Shown here: in pieces, positions 41,901 through 44,097 of the stretch
Numbering within the stretch: position 1 is the stretch's first letter
Layout of the letters: every line of letters starts with the position of its first letter
Origin: an uncultured Christensenellaceae bacterium
GTDB lineage: Bacteria; Bacillota; Clostridia; Christensenellales; CAG-1252
Reading direction: 5' to 3'
Assembly: GCA_964408255.1 (NCBI GenBank)
Contig: CAYOYS010000002.1
Span: forward strand, 7,616-52,067
Length of the DNA: 44,452 nucleotides
Notes under the pieces: generated by a model
Seen by the model: the letters and a program-made list of their open reading frames with translations, nothing else
The model's database searches: none
Told to the model about the DNA's origin: nothing
Made by a program: the position numbers and the translations under genes

Positions 41901-44097
41901 CGTCAAAGCCGACGTTGACATCAAAAACAATGTCAAAACCGCCGTCAAACGGGTTCTTTACATTCAAAACGCAAGCAAGCTCGGCAATAATACCGCCGAG
42001 CGCGTCGTATAGGTCAAGCGAAGTAAGGCTACCTGAGTTCATGTCCACCGAAAGTTCGGCAGAAAGACTTACCGCGGATAAAGAATCCAAGTCGAGATAG
42101 GAATTCTTATTGAGGGTATCTACATTGATTGCGAACTCGGGTCTTAAGCCCAATGTCGCTTTGGGCATCTCAAGCTTGAGCGAAAGATTGTCATTGAGCT
42201 TGAGTCCGACGTCCAAATAAACGCCGAACTCACCCTCAAGCAGTCCGATTTCAAGACGAATCTCTCTCAATATGATATCTTCATCAGAATAGGTTGTGAC
42301 TAGACCGCCAAGGATTGCGTCAAAAATAGACATCGTTGTTTCTGCAGAGGCAATTGCCGCGTCCAATTCCGCAATTTCGCCCGCTGTCATTCCCGTCCTT
42401 TCCGTCGCGTTAAGTTTGTCAAGGTTCTGCTTTTGCGTATAGCCGATACCGTTAATCAGCGTCTTAAGCGTGGCTCTGTCAAGGGTAACCGCAAGCGCCG
42501 TTCTGCCGTTCGGACCCTTTTCAAGTGTGCCGAGAATCGCTACTATGAGTTTCATAGTATCAAGTTGGACATAAGTAACGTTGCTCGCCGCGGAAACCTC
42601 GAAAGTAGCGGTTCTTGCATAATTCGCAATAGCCTCGTCGAGATTTGAGCCGCCGTAAGCTGCTATCATACCCGCTTCCGCCGCCTCGCCCGCCTCGCCG
42701 GTCAAAAGTCCGCCGAGCAATCCGCCCAACAGATTGTTGAGAATACCCGAAAGGTTGATACCGCCGTATTTTAGCTTGGGCAACCCAATAGGAGACAAGT
42801 CGACGAGTATCATCTCGTCCCTGCCTCTATACGCGATATTTGCGACTGCCCCGCCCGAAAAATCGGACAGAGTAAGCAAGATAACGTTCGAAGAATTATT
42901 CGCAAAGTCAAGCGCGACTTGAAGTCGTCCGCTAAGTCCCATGGAGGATTCTCCGAGACTTATCGTCTTGCGCCCGAGGTCACCGAGGTCGTCAACGCCG
43001 AACAATAGCGCAAGAATTCCGCCGATAGTGTCGCCGACTGTAACCGTCTGCGCCACTTTATTCTCGTACATTAAGTTAAACTCTATATCAAGATTAAGCA
43101 CACTGAAAGTCTCGTAATCGGCAAAGCTCGGGAATGCGATATCGGGCATCGCATACCTATCCGTGCCGTAGTATTCTGCACCCGCTTTGACTCCCAATCC
43201 AAAAATGCCCTTGCCGTAGCTCGCGTCAAGGCTCATATCGGAAAATACACCATTCTCGGTTCGGATACTGAAATCAAGCGCGATTTTATCCAAAGGATAA
43301 CTAGTAATATTCGCAAGTCTTAGTCCGAAAACGGGATACAGGATATCGTCGAGATTTATTCCCAAAAATGTAGGGATTATCGGAGCGACTGTCTTAAGTA
43401 TATTGAACATTCCGGATATAAAAGTGGAAATGTCAGTCTCAACATAAAGCTCCTCTGTTGTGCCGGTGGTGGTCAGCGTCGCAGTCTTAATAAGACCGCT
43501 CAAAACGCCCGAAAGCATTGAGCCGAGATTTATCCCGGCGACATCAAGCGTCTCTATCTTCTCGACAACTCCGCCGAGCATGCCCGTTGCCGAAGAGGCG
43601 AGTTGTACGATTTGCTGAAGGTTGACTTCTTTGATTAAAAGGTTGGGGCCGTTTTCACCCGCGATATCGAGATAGAATTTACCCGCATCATAGTAAAGTC
43701 CAAGCACGGTATCGTTATTGACGCTTTCTTTCAATTCGAACAAAATATCAGATTTTGTGTCGTCAATACGGTTATATTTCGCTTTGAAATTTATGTAATA
43801 CTCTCTTGTCTCGTCGTCGATTGTCAACGACAGCCGTTCGGATTGAAAGCTGAACACAAGATACTCTTCATTCTCGTCAGATGAGAGCGAGTCGGATGCA
43901 AATGCTATCACATATTGCAAAAATTCGAAAAAATCGCTTGTGTCGAGCGTCTCTACAACCGATGTCGTCCCATTATGGTTGGTGTCCGCGCCCGGTTTGA
44001 TTATTATCGGGTCGATGTTTTTACAAGCGACAAGCCCGAATGTTGCCAAACATATAATTGTAATCAAAATTGTCAGAAAAACGATGCGTTTATTCAT
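14887..44097 (-). CDS. Giant (9,736-aa) predicted surface lipoprotein: ~21 novel ~270-aa modules + ~20 Ig-like (Big_4-like) repeats + MBG-like C-terminal domains
   Basis: The ORF track gives one open frame of 29,211 nt. The ATG at 44097-44095 is preceded by GGAGGT (44107-44102). I re-derived the C-terminal codons ...ITAIPFEIVP and the TAA stop at 14889-14887 from the DNA. In-frame spot translations at 42.72, 41.64, 40.83, 39.24, 38.40, 36.48, 35.94, 30.42, 22.86 and 16.02 kb match the supplied protein. Confidence 0.97.
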   Translation of the reverse strand: MNKRIVFLTILITIICLATFGLVACKNIDPIIIKPGADTNHNGTTSVVETLDTSDFFEFLQYVIAFASDSLSSDENEEYLVFSFQSERLSLTIDDETREYYINFKAKYNRIDDTKSDILFELKESVNNDTVLGLYYDAGKFYLDIAGENGPNLLIKEVNLQQIVQLASSATGMLGGVVEKIETLDVAGINLGSMLSGVLSGLIKTATLTTTGTTEELYVETDISTFISGMFNILKTVAPIIPTFLGINLDDILYPVFGLRLANITSYPLDKIALDFSIRTENGVFSDMSLDASYGKGIFGLGVKAGAEYYGTDRYAMPDIAFPSFADYETFSVLNLDIEFNLMYENKVAQTVTVGDTIGGILALLFGVDDLGDLGRKTISLGESSMGLSGRLQVALDFANNSSNVILLTLSDFSGGAVANIAYRGRDEMILVDLSPIGLPKLKYGGINLSGILNNLLGGLLGGLLTGEAGEAAEAGMIAAYGGSNLDEAIANYARTATFEVSAASNVTYVQLDTMKLIVAILGTLEKGPNGRTALAVTLDRATLKTLINGIGYTQKQNLDKLNATERTGMTAGEIAELDAAIASAETTMSIFDAILGGLVTTYSDEDIILREIRLEIGLLEGEFGVYLDVGLKLNDNLSLKLEMPKATLGLRPEFAINVDTLNKNSYLDLDSLSAVSLSAELSVDMNSGSLTSLDLYDALGGIIAELACVLNVKNPFDGGFDIVFDVNVGFDGFKLSDIIAGAGLNIDLGKIEIAVRVYDRGFRDRTHQILAIYYGEYAPNESAIFVDASGISIDGSVGLPKFMYKINLEDMLRGLLDDEALASAIPSTLSGAEDGEMTPELLIKILGGVLGGISLDQNEAAVYIGERLIATVFELLLGTEADGIISLDESSKVYIKTSEGLELGLIVALDTSDGTPDYVNPYLSVRIHNFVLALEKRQILPASVAWQDDYVDVTAIQEIYVSTELLLEYAWEDNRQADRPSFAALLGIAESVLPDSIAELLDGLIFDILVEGDISGEFRLKISANIDLNDILGRMELKAEILMNGDSILTLYFDGAYVYINASFGAITANGVKGFNLPHMKFYVGDLLSGLFDEQAAAEDGALDGIMDTLLSNIGILSAININARGVGVALSNTALSTLIAILGYDVGDIFDKLTPEGYVNFIDGVGVGIKLSKDDNNYISFGIDKISASFEKQNLGLDAVADYPELDFAALNEVGLALTGEIDLHLDAFNSGDQGATLENLVKALLAGSDIGISVTQAAHLGLSFDLMANINLEAVDFSNSATVLNILDELELLLRVYVTDAAHNRTSLALLLYYNASSQSVYAKAPLFGVGAVRYNGLDVSSLLSSLLNNSEESAGASEPLSLGEKLVALKLNQNSISVIISGVLIADVLAQLGIDIGGLDFGEFLDSISVGLTTDYAVSVGLGAAGVNLTLRLNGIMLSLGSSNIAQYAFANAHEELEYIPISDETGKLAIEGIYLAATVALDLRTGVFGVDSEGNPNVSLSETLAHIAGAVGLGDTIVSILNQLSIYIGSTGDIGELLNLPVTVGFKVYLDIANFDYCRLAIEISNIEGTIIGIYYDSVDDALYIDLTSIGAKKFKIEGTGVLDTVKNLIDSLIGGEVEEPTSTPVEPESGEVEESSLDIDIMALINAILGSVTIDGESGIIGIATKGNFLTAALSLLAIDLSGLQLPDIIATLDLNLKDIGIGIGLSVFDGDLNEAFELGLGLGGFGIAFCEPQGILPSDTASYCDWTDLNFGFEARAQAEFAIDSAYAAAINQYIAEQVVGQSFELFVKDNASGDTLVARLGFDFAFNVHLESLIDTRIELFMSVYYMSAGGELFANDNRLITVYYNSHDKLDAATNSYVESLYFIYGNTDASEGKAVRIDNLGIIELVLNLLGSPASSAPAASSAPAAAAENESPLSPIISLLVSDGLVVGVNGGVISYLLEVLGLSVLLPPLEGVSVTVSADLMQLSLDFNENSHLALRLEDYALIFKDSLAELPRYGAPITSMRDTATGLQDLGQLYFSTSMSVKLGLAELDGTEELVRYANYQNVLQLLLTADSDREYYYGVDIELGISGLDLTNLSIDAYTGSNLADNIDSIIDKMRLELLVMIRDKNVTEETTDGITTEYPEGKPVIGIYYLSDVTDVIYIHVPALELKLAIRNALDLREILYNLLSSVNTAAASEPESADGFGVLQIIKFLERVRLTESAVTVELSSQILSRAILLAGIDLSLPEINTLIGLGTLGDIFSGGETYIQSGIGIHVNTLFNEGYAIDIAIGDFVLEFREDLLPVLIEIDANNPEAADEAGNFFGFLSEYVGLDSIQAYISLSVDLEFGIAANNNPNDTNALRFEKLLDEFLGASDFEINITDILSGCYRLTIEASFNFAEGANHLYGLSLYMSLYEVGEDASGETLEKIMSIYYSRGTLGINLEGLLGVEPFQLDLDLGELLGGLFASEASDIDYAEASGDIVGIDGGITGLLNSISGVCGIYIGDEDIALTISGEILGTVLVMLGYNDYLPSIAKGVTLKNSDEMNELSDGTYTAEITDTEGGAHSFAFTKSIIRNKYSLALGTANIIRITLSGNGIDTILNSESAWSKYFIINRADGTIEFANTAEFNALPLGGYTVSVQLDNGTEPSVFSMDKSIKIYTYDSIDLTTFEIESITIKQGANIVATLASGAEWGKYFAINPTGGEFRVALGSSTGMYFALKEDTYFKVTLKELVFKGKYQEIEKRESYISNIEYLSVSTALEVDIHADAGINYAVNDMLGSVLSSLMDGALAELKIELDINEIIGMNYLVMLQANIRVDQYAEIPVDLGGSEFAIQVYEVDSTGATKVLGNLKFAFYYVGTEADGVIYVNIPYFDLMLKIDEIAFSSLIDNLLKSLLNLGGDEIAGAGEANALDMGGILGLFTGLTLNNSGAQIGFAGDMFNAALSLAGMNDLNMPAVKADTSKLSVYLDGAPTVTIDKGGKLLEYTKFIDLLIDFDVPPSGVDVFSAYINFVLYNTEIGFNRAISYDVPLGYYQSLTEAKALFFKLSGTVELDTPIDNSINLQGLGELFGIESELALNIAASYQRLDFNLEMNIGLGGDNIAELGKSGGLSLDELLINLVQDLYLYFDIVRTVQAGDYHEQNTLLELYYYNNYIYADLSALGLPKLAIEISLSDLLKILFGSTTGGETAGAADDALNIAFNPEGLCVGASVNFIDYALGLLGVNLDAMFTLNALVSLNPVNEGDPIIRLDFGAVGGNVPNGEGGYSDVTTLSMSINKPVLSLGGHITKTVDDAADYAFVNSLEFIHLSADATIEIAIDAVDENNAYYLTDLLQSLFVNEEDRIPVILTGNVRKTLGISFAVNISLVDISMSELYISVCEIVKTGSLTNREEMITLFYDGNGYLYISAPILEDNLNIRIEFDIASLLSGTGLQEMLDNLNIADMIYSLIYGENYAAETSDVSPAENDNNNIFELVTAIVSSLNLTDSGEFVIKFTTTIFHEISERFLGGIGLDMPSLKALDVRFDFFNTNFGIDMVWNKKPGTENDPRFKLDISNYSFRGTKQEIAFDGNRYNTTDDFKHLSIKASGRLDYDFADGLYSIGGLFETLIPGLNIPVTMQGIDGFFEVILEAKIGIVNIMDSEVNLSIYYPSNDPDNPNLLLSVYFDIYRGEIYIDIPWFDVPKILIAGIDLSSLLKDALAETEESGAADLGDAGNYLLLVGRVINKIIISDGSDNYAEGLHIVYNNDMLELILGELLSEIQLVLPVQITDMATIFSISDQYISFNAEFVNNNELPDGGQNPETAGYVSFLGELNTIEFNDTSIRPERTQDVTEYKSIYDFNMPTGDNLMLENIYFESKFYLDAEMKEQSLDLQALLMYILSEDFTLDITDYIDLRFEVELKANLNLKNIGRSELMLKIILIEYPDTVNEKKALFVRAYYVGLDNALYLDAPMIGLYNIKVALNLGELLSGITDTATAMDMTPEEENIWRAELISGMFDNILITKNGITITSSYSFLANVFEIMMKEVLPFEDTPFTRLKLVINLLERDPVTNAILPFFHNSETGESNFNAKLMLEVYDRSMIYEDGVLKDPLPEEAKSVIEMGMGDMMFVAGKQHIDFFEIDTASGNEKDTGAEKMDYQLFSEMSKLTFNLRIQFEESPGSVDYFADIGKVLNALFPGLEAMATFTTKTFETNMVFTLNVSASIDLNNLSDSEIFISLIEGGAINGTVERRMGTIYYNGPDNGTLYIDMPALNVNKIKYVGLDLAALLPANGLDSLFSGGSNTSSAEDGDNDEGVFLEDFNATFKTIFKNISRITVSQSAGVQISIKTALISIFAQALGYNVDVDALDEIGELKVGLRLSVEDGLGINLQASLDAVDGTQPPFFRISIDGIGLKLSKDTLTIPADIASQLANYSELTLDSKIALSISGQFDGRSEAGIYSLTNVISSLLEENIDFALGFEDSSISLQFNLLLNVDLGTIFNSFGGLNSLDINTLLLNNEILLEIIDVTDPMIPSLLLSVYVTDGIAYVNIGILKSAPPIKLDLISLIGMGREITDEETPGQSHAESAQYNSEMHVDYASTTPQLISATRIYHYLEGESYYLVDLSNTSIDTIRLVNEDETVTLTSEEWNEYFNIVEKNGLTYFYFTEFARTQSGDNKLTPVNGILFYDLELLSFITRTQSTDDTLTLNLVEREIISVTLRTSPEADGVTLTSPEEWNQFISMQGVAASTTISLNSTAIGLGYTHLTVVTSNIIPSIIRSTNQYKMALKGATIQKVEFYKSSVFPIPDEAFATANGATEIAKYFTMATRGNVTYIAFNNTDEVRALNENGKYFEIRIYTSQGVLYMDSTISKKFVLDKNDSDGILYLILSLFGGIMATQDVSTLMLNNNTLMIIEEFFGIPLKGTSADEGYISVRLQNTLTKGGNFALSNVTSDITYEVEGLSAATVAKAVISNAVYDAELEFTGGDIADYFIIADNFVTVRNSDKVKKLNSGTWSFALYDASETMLYQNTFNKSVQAIGVIGVKYEELTFTIGLNNYSAKVGAENLLDYTSPVNNIVTKKVDGVTVIDDGEYSDIINDLNEVYVSTIIDFAIDIPANNISSLDDMFNPGGSLYNVGDNIASYIGNVLLALGFNREMLTGDYRLHLRVYLGSLDFANLALSDIKIYIKLEKRCYNIMLDGILYDDAFVDILTIYYDGANIFLNPNLETFRFLTAPPVYIAVQGSLEFWGITSEELAAASTPSRLVEDFAAAEDSFSIAGLINLLAGVTIGQGTVAMNLGKNFIGGLFAMIVPDMDEIEIEIDKFDLVVDVFNGAVTLDIAKYTKYNPSEAFLNTDGEPYEDYRTFILDDDVAKLFVTAQAMRNYPISDWTVTMYYEDGSTADFSLSFNGSGGSFSYGAKSGTFVASGNAPAELTGIYADFAAGKAISKIVMAVSQIDYLKAGAGTNPYFCFDIKEGELCLSDKINSMSTCGIFKLSLYNGANVLLGTLSLNRMSLVPTVTYDGVTTPIRYFDDCLCLDNYHLKANVTLSNIAKIRVEYDSDDMIYLSSFITDGDKLKIPKNLFDRFMDGEFKLALFGAGNVTLATIDLDFTGSTALASYGGETVSVYYYNGYAVIAIPSLAADIELSSVTRIGFAVADNILVRIALDNQGYNTQALIFRATIGEVELAFELPDRFKTQAQGGIAENGVYGSGGPYHANDEYKHYNVGIIASTRGLELSEFQRWNDLEFYIKTSIEFTYQLDTFDFDLFGANVTSGFGSLINTIAGSVVAFSGIDTTIRIDVEVKINADDPFLTEAIIKIHLLQYPGLPPIVIYYDGGGSSELSTLYIDLSSVGIDAFSIKLDLITEMRNWMNSFITAPEYVSPETESAPAEDARELDLTSMLPKLINSVGIGNNMLILLMNPDIINNLLAMFTIEAFFPQTEMYLQGKILRNFEDSFLKLSVFMPIEDKDHAVKAELIISDLKAVAYPARLNSDYLLSDAERLALYLDDLHMGQNNIFKGLTITDNGSDYTIGYDAATPISTLAKSSYFTADLRPNKDDAHKSWIDSKALQIKLSTTSYITLSGGTNASGENNGIDIDLTPTLASLLVLNPSMGDLIKLVIDNSTYNPATSSYVPTNMRLKIKIEAMLDLTEPRNTELLLEIIKEYEQGGTTKHYLLLGVYYVNATESLYLTLPIMDIDGLMITDIDLSGVLAGILGVNWASKAGAGETAGAGEDDSEWGLLSDLLGLDMEKIKNDYIGMINGVEGIDGAEFMLLVSQHRYGISLNFALVDMILNLAGVDNIILPKIITGDNTRESFDRVEVYFDSGDSDLQPGETVINQSSINVNLYIDKNGNESGLDTTNLDWVGLKIKLGGLNIALGESGGALELTKNNLSGIGGLDGTYLVFPHMSGTGASQYGGGTLVNRAIFANLGEYPNVLDINAFRLTLNGAITLETTADEGGKVNMLVDFLESTVADLLGVDKSAVVINRNCTDEWRYGIRIDAKIDFEHWENTQLLVEFGYRLTGESGINVLLIGLYYSAADNSVYADLSGMGLMKVKLMGLDIKAILKELAGLDLDGSLSIVSDLLESRLGVSNLGELIDKMLEEKEEKDLFGDIEDDDDSDPDPDPDPVIRGAVSAKMIINSYIKNNIQGTHVGIEFDTAMLQMLLGMLGLNFEVPEGVKLALDLSLCNGFDSLSVDVGAYDIIQSSGTVSMNNLNHVKLVFDEVKLGYGAGVTNILSGVNFGTYSGLNFGGLFGLPNNYSEPGISNILGSVIDALYPAGDGLKLTIMTNVAYVDKSGVSVVTGKGRSTDVLVTRIGSGDYVHGLKIDLGNTLLGGIVSGVSFFDNELYLDIDLGFIGQYSFAVAELDIRSLIKMSVNSDYDPIPPLVEEEEDGSGKITADDLAEGLKNPVLGITINLGSAGIGKSGEVDTNGSTPSISTIRLDLNPKLIGGVLAMLPPKIFSLLKYERDLPNNQQAYMMYRAILKKLIGDSGFLKWLVDGLVGNTVIDLLARLLPFPELTDQSVCFVVVELNDTQLANGDYGMFRKVYLRTYTETSNEYFDIKIENNGIKLAAVVNSSPVLGSGQNIDDRTIIDVFELDYNKNGIVDYMENLPDNAIVTRYLNGTVVAGSETETDNVSMSWADSMFLIDPTAGLSGPVPMVNEATEFQNYQIEGYVMNDVHKVNVKLPYSAARLVKTMTLPSGTGSVVVPLIAGAGLTLPMIVDANKVDELIANLPKIIYVTMTDGYGKNELIKTFDGTKGTGDSIVEWDTSQLKDSYSGGSFVLGLTFGDKKVKSYKVEIPITVRNLALNKVVFPSEDGTYENGASSLIFNPYDEIKLPKQVWATFGNTEPKLYNIKWSISESDIKPSYTGITYTVSAEIGNLEIGYYKFEGISIIIKPWMLVDYKLKNPQGQYYDLDLTFDPYSYVMIGKEALADSKNPNMYPSYLWLHYEGDDDASGNPNYILTPVQWNLRGVNNTYEGNTSSRATFRITGNTEEETARIENAGYQTLEVPVTIIDATFDSARLEMTDLASYIDPLYFIYTKKDNEGNIINYCKYVKGEAPRDMFGNEITSDVELAKYQSSLVVWDMINNKIANPLDAMSYPKTVTAMYKNGTQKTFEAELSSNGNTYLNTGGVIWATSGLKLNYMGGIYYAALTIGNAAGGYQTVNIPINIANRTISSINLKEVRASYVFDPYTENATDEIYYPENGGNLLYVTQTEDSVRSNVIFTSQSSDYYPIDWNLSGINQTYNGGTYYAVAQVGSKDAGYQNIRHEVVIQPKIIKSVQLEAFVFDPYNTEHTPFLKDTEYDGAGNVVKQSPYPKTAMVRFTDDSNYTFSGIRWDLTSLYAIWNCVGGETFITAKIGNDYGGYQNVQIKVTVENKEITDYELNELNTIIFDPYAGIDPRLNAAYPELVDVVFKNGNKGEVNIIWDINNVINGYKGYKSKAGDSLFQEFIIFGNVGNSSVGYQTKEITVRVLNREIESIIPVEITIDPFSSDSLPTVVTVQFKDGSTRSMPVEWIGKNYDLKVLNASSEGEYVSGTVNARIGDYIGGYQTKVIPISVIKKTVTSLTNGNEIVSLRVGTGENEALTTDTFVYYVDGIKYTRSVYIEIDPWEDTTKLVYATVIGEGLDAETYISYNDMPSRFNTSFLQDGTQRNLKAIWDYSYIEGCNYEGKEFYSGLNNNTKGAILTLGNSTVGYFELEFKVRVISRKVRSLDNNPLIYTFDALDETGNPVNPRLLTNIVDDAYNTSSYPNQLWFEFVVTEGGVSDGIAKIVSWVKRGDSASITLGNSKYDYQTFNYSVMKVERDVTIDSETLIAIDPYNVSLPDSLTVKIGAAKVWEVDSYRVVTPEEYPDCAGKDLMLKADWSKADINYHYTVSGIEQTVNVYVGDDNTGIKAVEVKVVIMERIVIAVEKDEFEVDPYDYAALPSEISVLYENGMSGYLELQANLMNATKVTEAEAAFYGIPVNNNEFFYQGGYYILNASVGTRRGGYQNVRLLLKVANRTIRGVTSSRLLNDKGEFEQKITPYGGTNGATTLPSNVIDVEFFDKDASGSYIRGTLSVLWSYANINYHYKGGSSKAFVLIGNAQGGYQKVEVNIVIHRMVATRADAYDANGNTYYYNPYDANCPLPSHVGVYFNDGGVTARMEVLECIVDRSSIKYNSDTVIAKIRVGNERSGYQWINNVPLNVTDMTVVSYDPTYLTVNPYSAGLNVASDLTILNANGTPLQIRAYYGDGSKSLMFNVRLKEAFVYACDYDGIFDAKNFKVNVEIGNSVGGYQSTFLVEGEPTPITVNINVVSESIVKLYVGAQEFATHYGLESPIHPYAPPAFALGYISVELEGGAVLNTGYGIEIKSVVYTDTDNNVINVLGYIGGQIRVRVEVGNAKAGYKYIYYDCTLAKKEIDTVAFDNKWVDPYVYVLPETLLVTYKTGGTEALPVEFYYAGTDTRFTDDMVNYTGGSFNLEARIGTALGGIQKFSYKLNVSQKIISTLNNIELLQIDQFLKELNLPSGSFTVTFEDGTQRVFEVDTAKIRYAADGVVGFSFANAKVGAWDFSEVSLDLKGGLYNAKLTLGNSIGGTQTVQVPVKVRKKTVNTANMQYVVSKTAQKIIVDDLSDRLEIGLGEYFNLPNYLWLLYSDGTAIDVMVEWNFDNIAHDGLGNYRYGNYEVSTVVFGQKIAVTVIVTADRLVLGDNLQDFYSVKRGSTIEYPDSIKQIVVKKDGASFVLDDTPYFDVVWSDRPYLAIEDTYLMKGTINCGSMTWVRDVEVQVYSSYINHIESVSADVELPVGGELTASMFPTIAVNVAKGKTTVSKTVRANWVLVSRIYNGVTTPYAGLSENDFGAADTAMIGAKYVFEPRIYDRNGNIAKLADGTTLIYTVTISGNVAEIEAKVHFFRDMFGEQATEFIYAYGKSKHVGFACDEGVAVTAIEYFRITLVEGVAVYESVKLVEYNADGSIANETGVGIGLLNAGDYQVRVYVEGFNILGDKVLEHTIEFGYIIEKLDIGDMIVVADTTQAYEENASGVPVEKMILANVQGGLATVSVEYYDGETLLATPPSAVGLYTAVVTVNSANYKGTRSVPFRIIAPIVIKVAGEPDVVIYDGMYLKAYDLPGGSSVCPNDYFALRWYYTKDGTDYPLILSKPIKLGMCEYTDGAYTLVLKAGLLIAYKESVDESNTEFNSVEGNVSYVKLDFDASLFTNVKIKYYLGTTLIAQVEYKDGVAETSEDLPSVAGMYSVTIEYSGEFFSGSITAIPFEIVP
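14890..15995 (-). other. C-terminal region with three MBG-like (Y-x-G ... AG-x-Y-x-V ... NY-x-G ... F-x-I) domains; no LPXTG, no terminal TM helix
   Basis: aa ~9,369-9,736. Motif strings: 'LNAGDYQVRVYVEGFNILGDKVLEHTIEFGYIIEK', 'VEYYDGETLLATPPSAVGLYTAVVTVNSANYKGTRSVPFRIIAP', 'VEYKDGVAETSEDLPSVAGMYSVTIEYSGEFFSGSITAIPFEIVP'. The call rests on motif-level resemblance to MBG (YGX-type) domains of large adhesins; no HMM was run. Confidence 0.45.
15996..22890 (-). repeat. Array of ~20 diverged ~95-130-aa Ig-like repeats (Big_4-like) with an [IV]-G-[ND]-x2-[GS]-G-Y-Q signature
   Basis: aa ~7,070-9,368. Each unit follows the pattern ...[IV]DP[YF]...LP..V.V.[FY].[DN]G.....V.W......Y.GG.Y.....[IV]GN..GGYQ..V.V.V..[RK]. 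Examples: 'IDPFSSDSLPTVVTVQFKDGSTRSMPVEW...ARIGDYIGGYQTKVIPISVIKK', 'LTIGNAAGGYQTVNIPINIANR', 'AKIGNDYGGYQNVQIKVTVENK', 'ASVGTRRGGYQNVRLLLKVANR', 'VLIGNAQGGYQKVEVNIVIHR', 'VEIGNSVGGYQSTF', 'LTLGNSIGGTQTVQVPVKVRKK'. The 'LP.TV.V.y.DGs...v.V.W' core is the hallmark of bacterial Ig-like group 4 domains. Confidence 0.6.
22846..22881 (-). other. Single EF-hand/dockerin-like Ca-binding-loop motif DYNKNGIVDYME at the junction of module array and Ig array
   Basis: aa 7,073-7,084, verified from the DNA (TTT GAG CTC GAC TAC AAC AAG AAC GGC ATA ...). It fits D-x-N-x-N-G-x-V-D-x-x-E but fails the last position of the PROSITE EF-hand pattern (N instead of a hydrophobic residue). Confidence 0.3.
24295..24342 (-). 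repeat. Hyper-acidic linker DIEDDDDSDPDPDPDP including an in-frame hexanucleotide (GACCCY)x4 repeat
   Basis: aa 6,586-6,601. Plus strand: agggtc ggggtc agggtc agggtc (24295-24318), then gga and atc x4. It is preceded by EEKEEK (24355-24375). Confidence 0.9.
27345..28090 (-). other. Insertion cluster 3: ~250 aa of small beta-sandwich-like domains interrupting one scaffold module
   Basis: aa ~5,337-5,585: 'NYPISDWTVTMYYEDGSTADFSLSF...TNPYFCFDIKEGELCLS...GIFKLSLYNGANVLLGTLSL...LSSFITDGDKLKIPKNLFDRFMDGEFKLALFGAGNVTLATIDLDF'. This module is ~0.6 kb longer than the 0.8-kb base period. Confidence 0.5.
29075..29350 (-). other. Insertion 2b: single ~90-aa beta-sandwich-like domain
   Basis: 'ALSNVTSDITYEVEGLSAATVAKAVISNAVYDAELEFTGGDIADYFIIADNFVTVRNSDKVKKLNSGTWSFALYDASETMLYQNTFNKSV'. 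It shares the [DE]-x-x-x-YF-x-I signature with the other insertions. Confidence 0.45.
29535..30405 (-). other. Insertion cluster 2: ~290 aa, about three ~95-aa beta-sandwich-like units with a W-x-[EQK]-[YF]-[FI] signature
   Basis: aa ~4,565-4,855: 'VTLTSEEWNEYFNIVEKNGLTYFYF', 'VTLTSPEEWNQFISMQGVAASTTISL', 'NGATEIAKYFTMATRGNVTYIAF ... GKYFEIRIYTSQGVLYMD'. It lies directly after the linker at ~30.45 kb and before a normal anchor A ('ILYLILSLFGGIMA...EEFFGIPL'). Confidence 0.5.
35900..36500 (-). other. Insertion cluster 1: ~200 aa, two ~95-aa beta-sandwich-like units with the same W-x-K-Y-F signature
   Basis: aa ~2,535-2,732: 'LSDGTYTAEITDTEGGAHSFAF...ITLSGNGIDTILNSESAWSKYFIINRADGTIEF...GGYTVSVQLDNG' and 'ITIKQGANIVATLASGAEWGKYFAINPTGGEFRV...TYFKVTLKELVF'. 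Both boundaries were verified by in-frame translation at 36480 and 35940. Confidence 0.5.
44023..44097 (-). other. Lipoprotein (SPase II) signal peptide with lipobox L-V-A-C; lipidated Cys25 predicted
   Basis: MNKR (basic), then IVFLTILITIICLATFG (hydrophobic), then LVAC|KNIDP. The Cys25 codon TGT at 44025-44023 was checked in the DNA. Confidence 0.8.

Larger units (their letters stand above)
22891..44010 (-). repeat. About 21 tandem, strongly diverged copies of an unassigned ~270-aa protein module (base period ~0.8 kb)
   Basis: Anchor C recurs about 21 times. Examples: 'LGLYYDAGKFYLDI', 'IAYRGRDEMILVDLSPIGLPKLKYGGINLSGILNNLLGGLL', 'LAIYYGEYAPNESAIFVDASG..GLPKFMYKINLEDMLRGLL', 'IGIYYDSVDDALYIDLTSIGAKKFKIEG', 'LELYYYNNYIYADLSALGLPKLAIEISLSDLLKILF', 'LSVYFDIYRGEIYIDIPWFDVPKILIAGIDLSSLLKDAL', 'MGTIYYNGPDNGTLYIDMPALNVNKIKYVGLDLAALL', 'LIGLYYSAADNSVYADLSGMGLMKVKLMGLDIKAILKEL'. 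Each anchor C is followed by an acidic A/S/G/E/D/P linker. Linker midpoints (kb), most verified by in-frame translation: ~42.69, 41.61, 40.81, 40.03, 39.21, 38.37, 37.53, 36.70, 35.40, 34.55, 33.74, 33.00, 32.19, 31.26, 30.45, 28.40, 26.53, 25.50, 24.32, 23.50. After the linker comes anchor A. Examples: 'LSTLIAILGYDVGDIFDKL', 'VLIADVLAQLGIDIGGLD', 'FLTAALSLLAIDLSGLQLP', 'ILSRAILLAGIDLSLP', 'MFNAALSLAGMNDLNMP', 'LVDMILNLAGVDNIILP', 'MLQMLLGMLGLNFEVP'. Between the anchors are alternating-hydrophobic, beta-strand-like runs such as 'LSLKLEM', 'VSLSAELSVDM', 'FDIVFDVNVGF', 'IEIAVRVY'. Confidence 0.8.
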
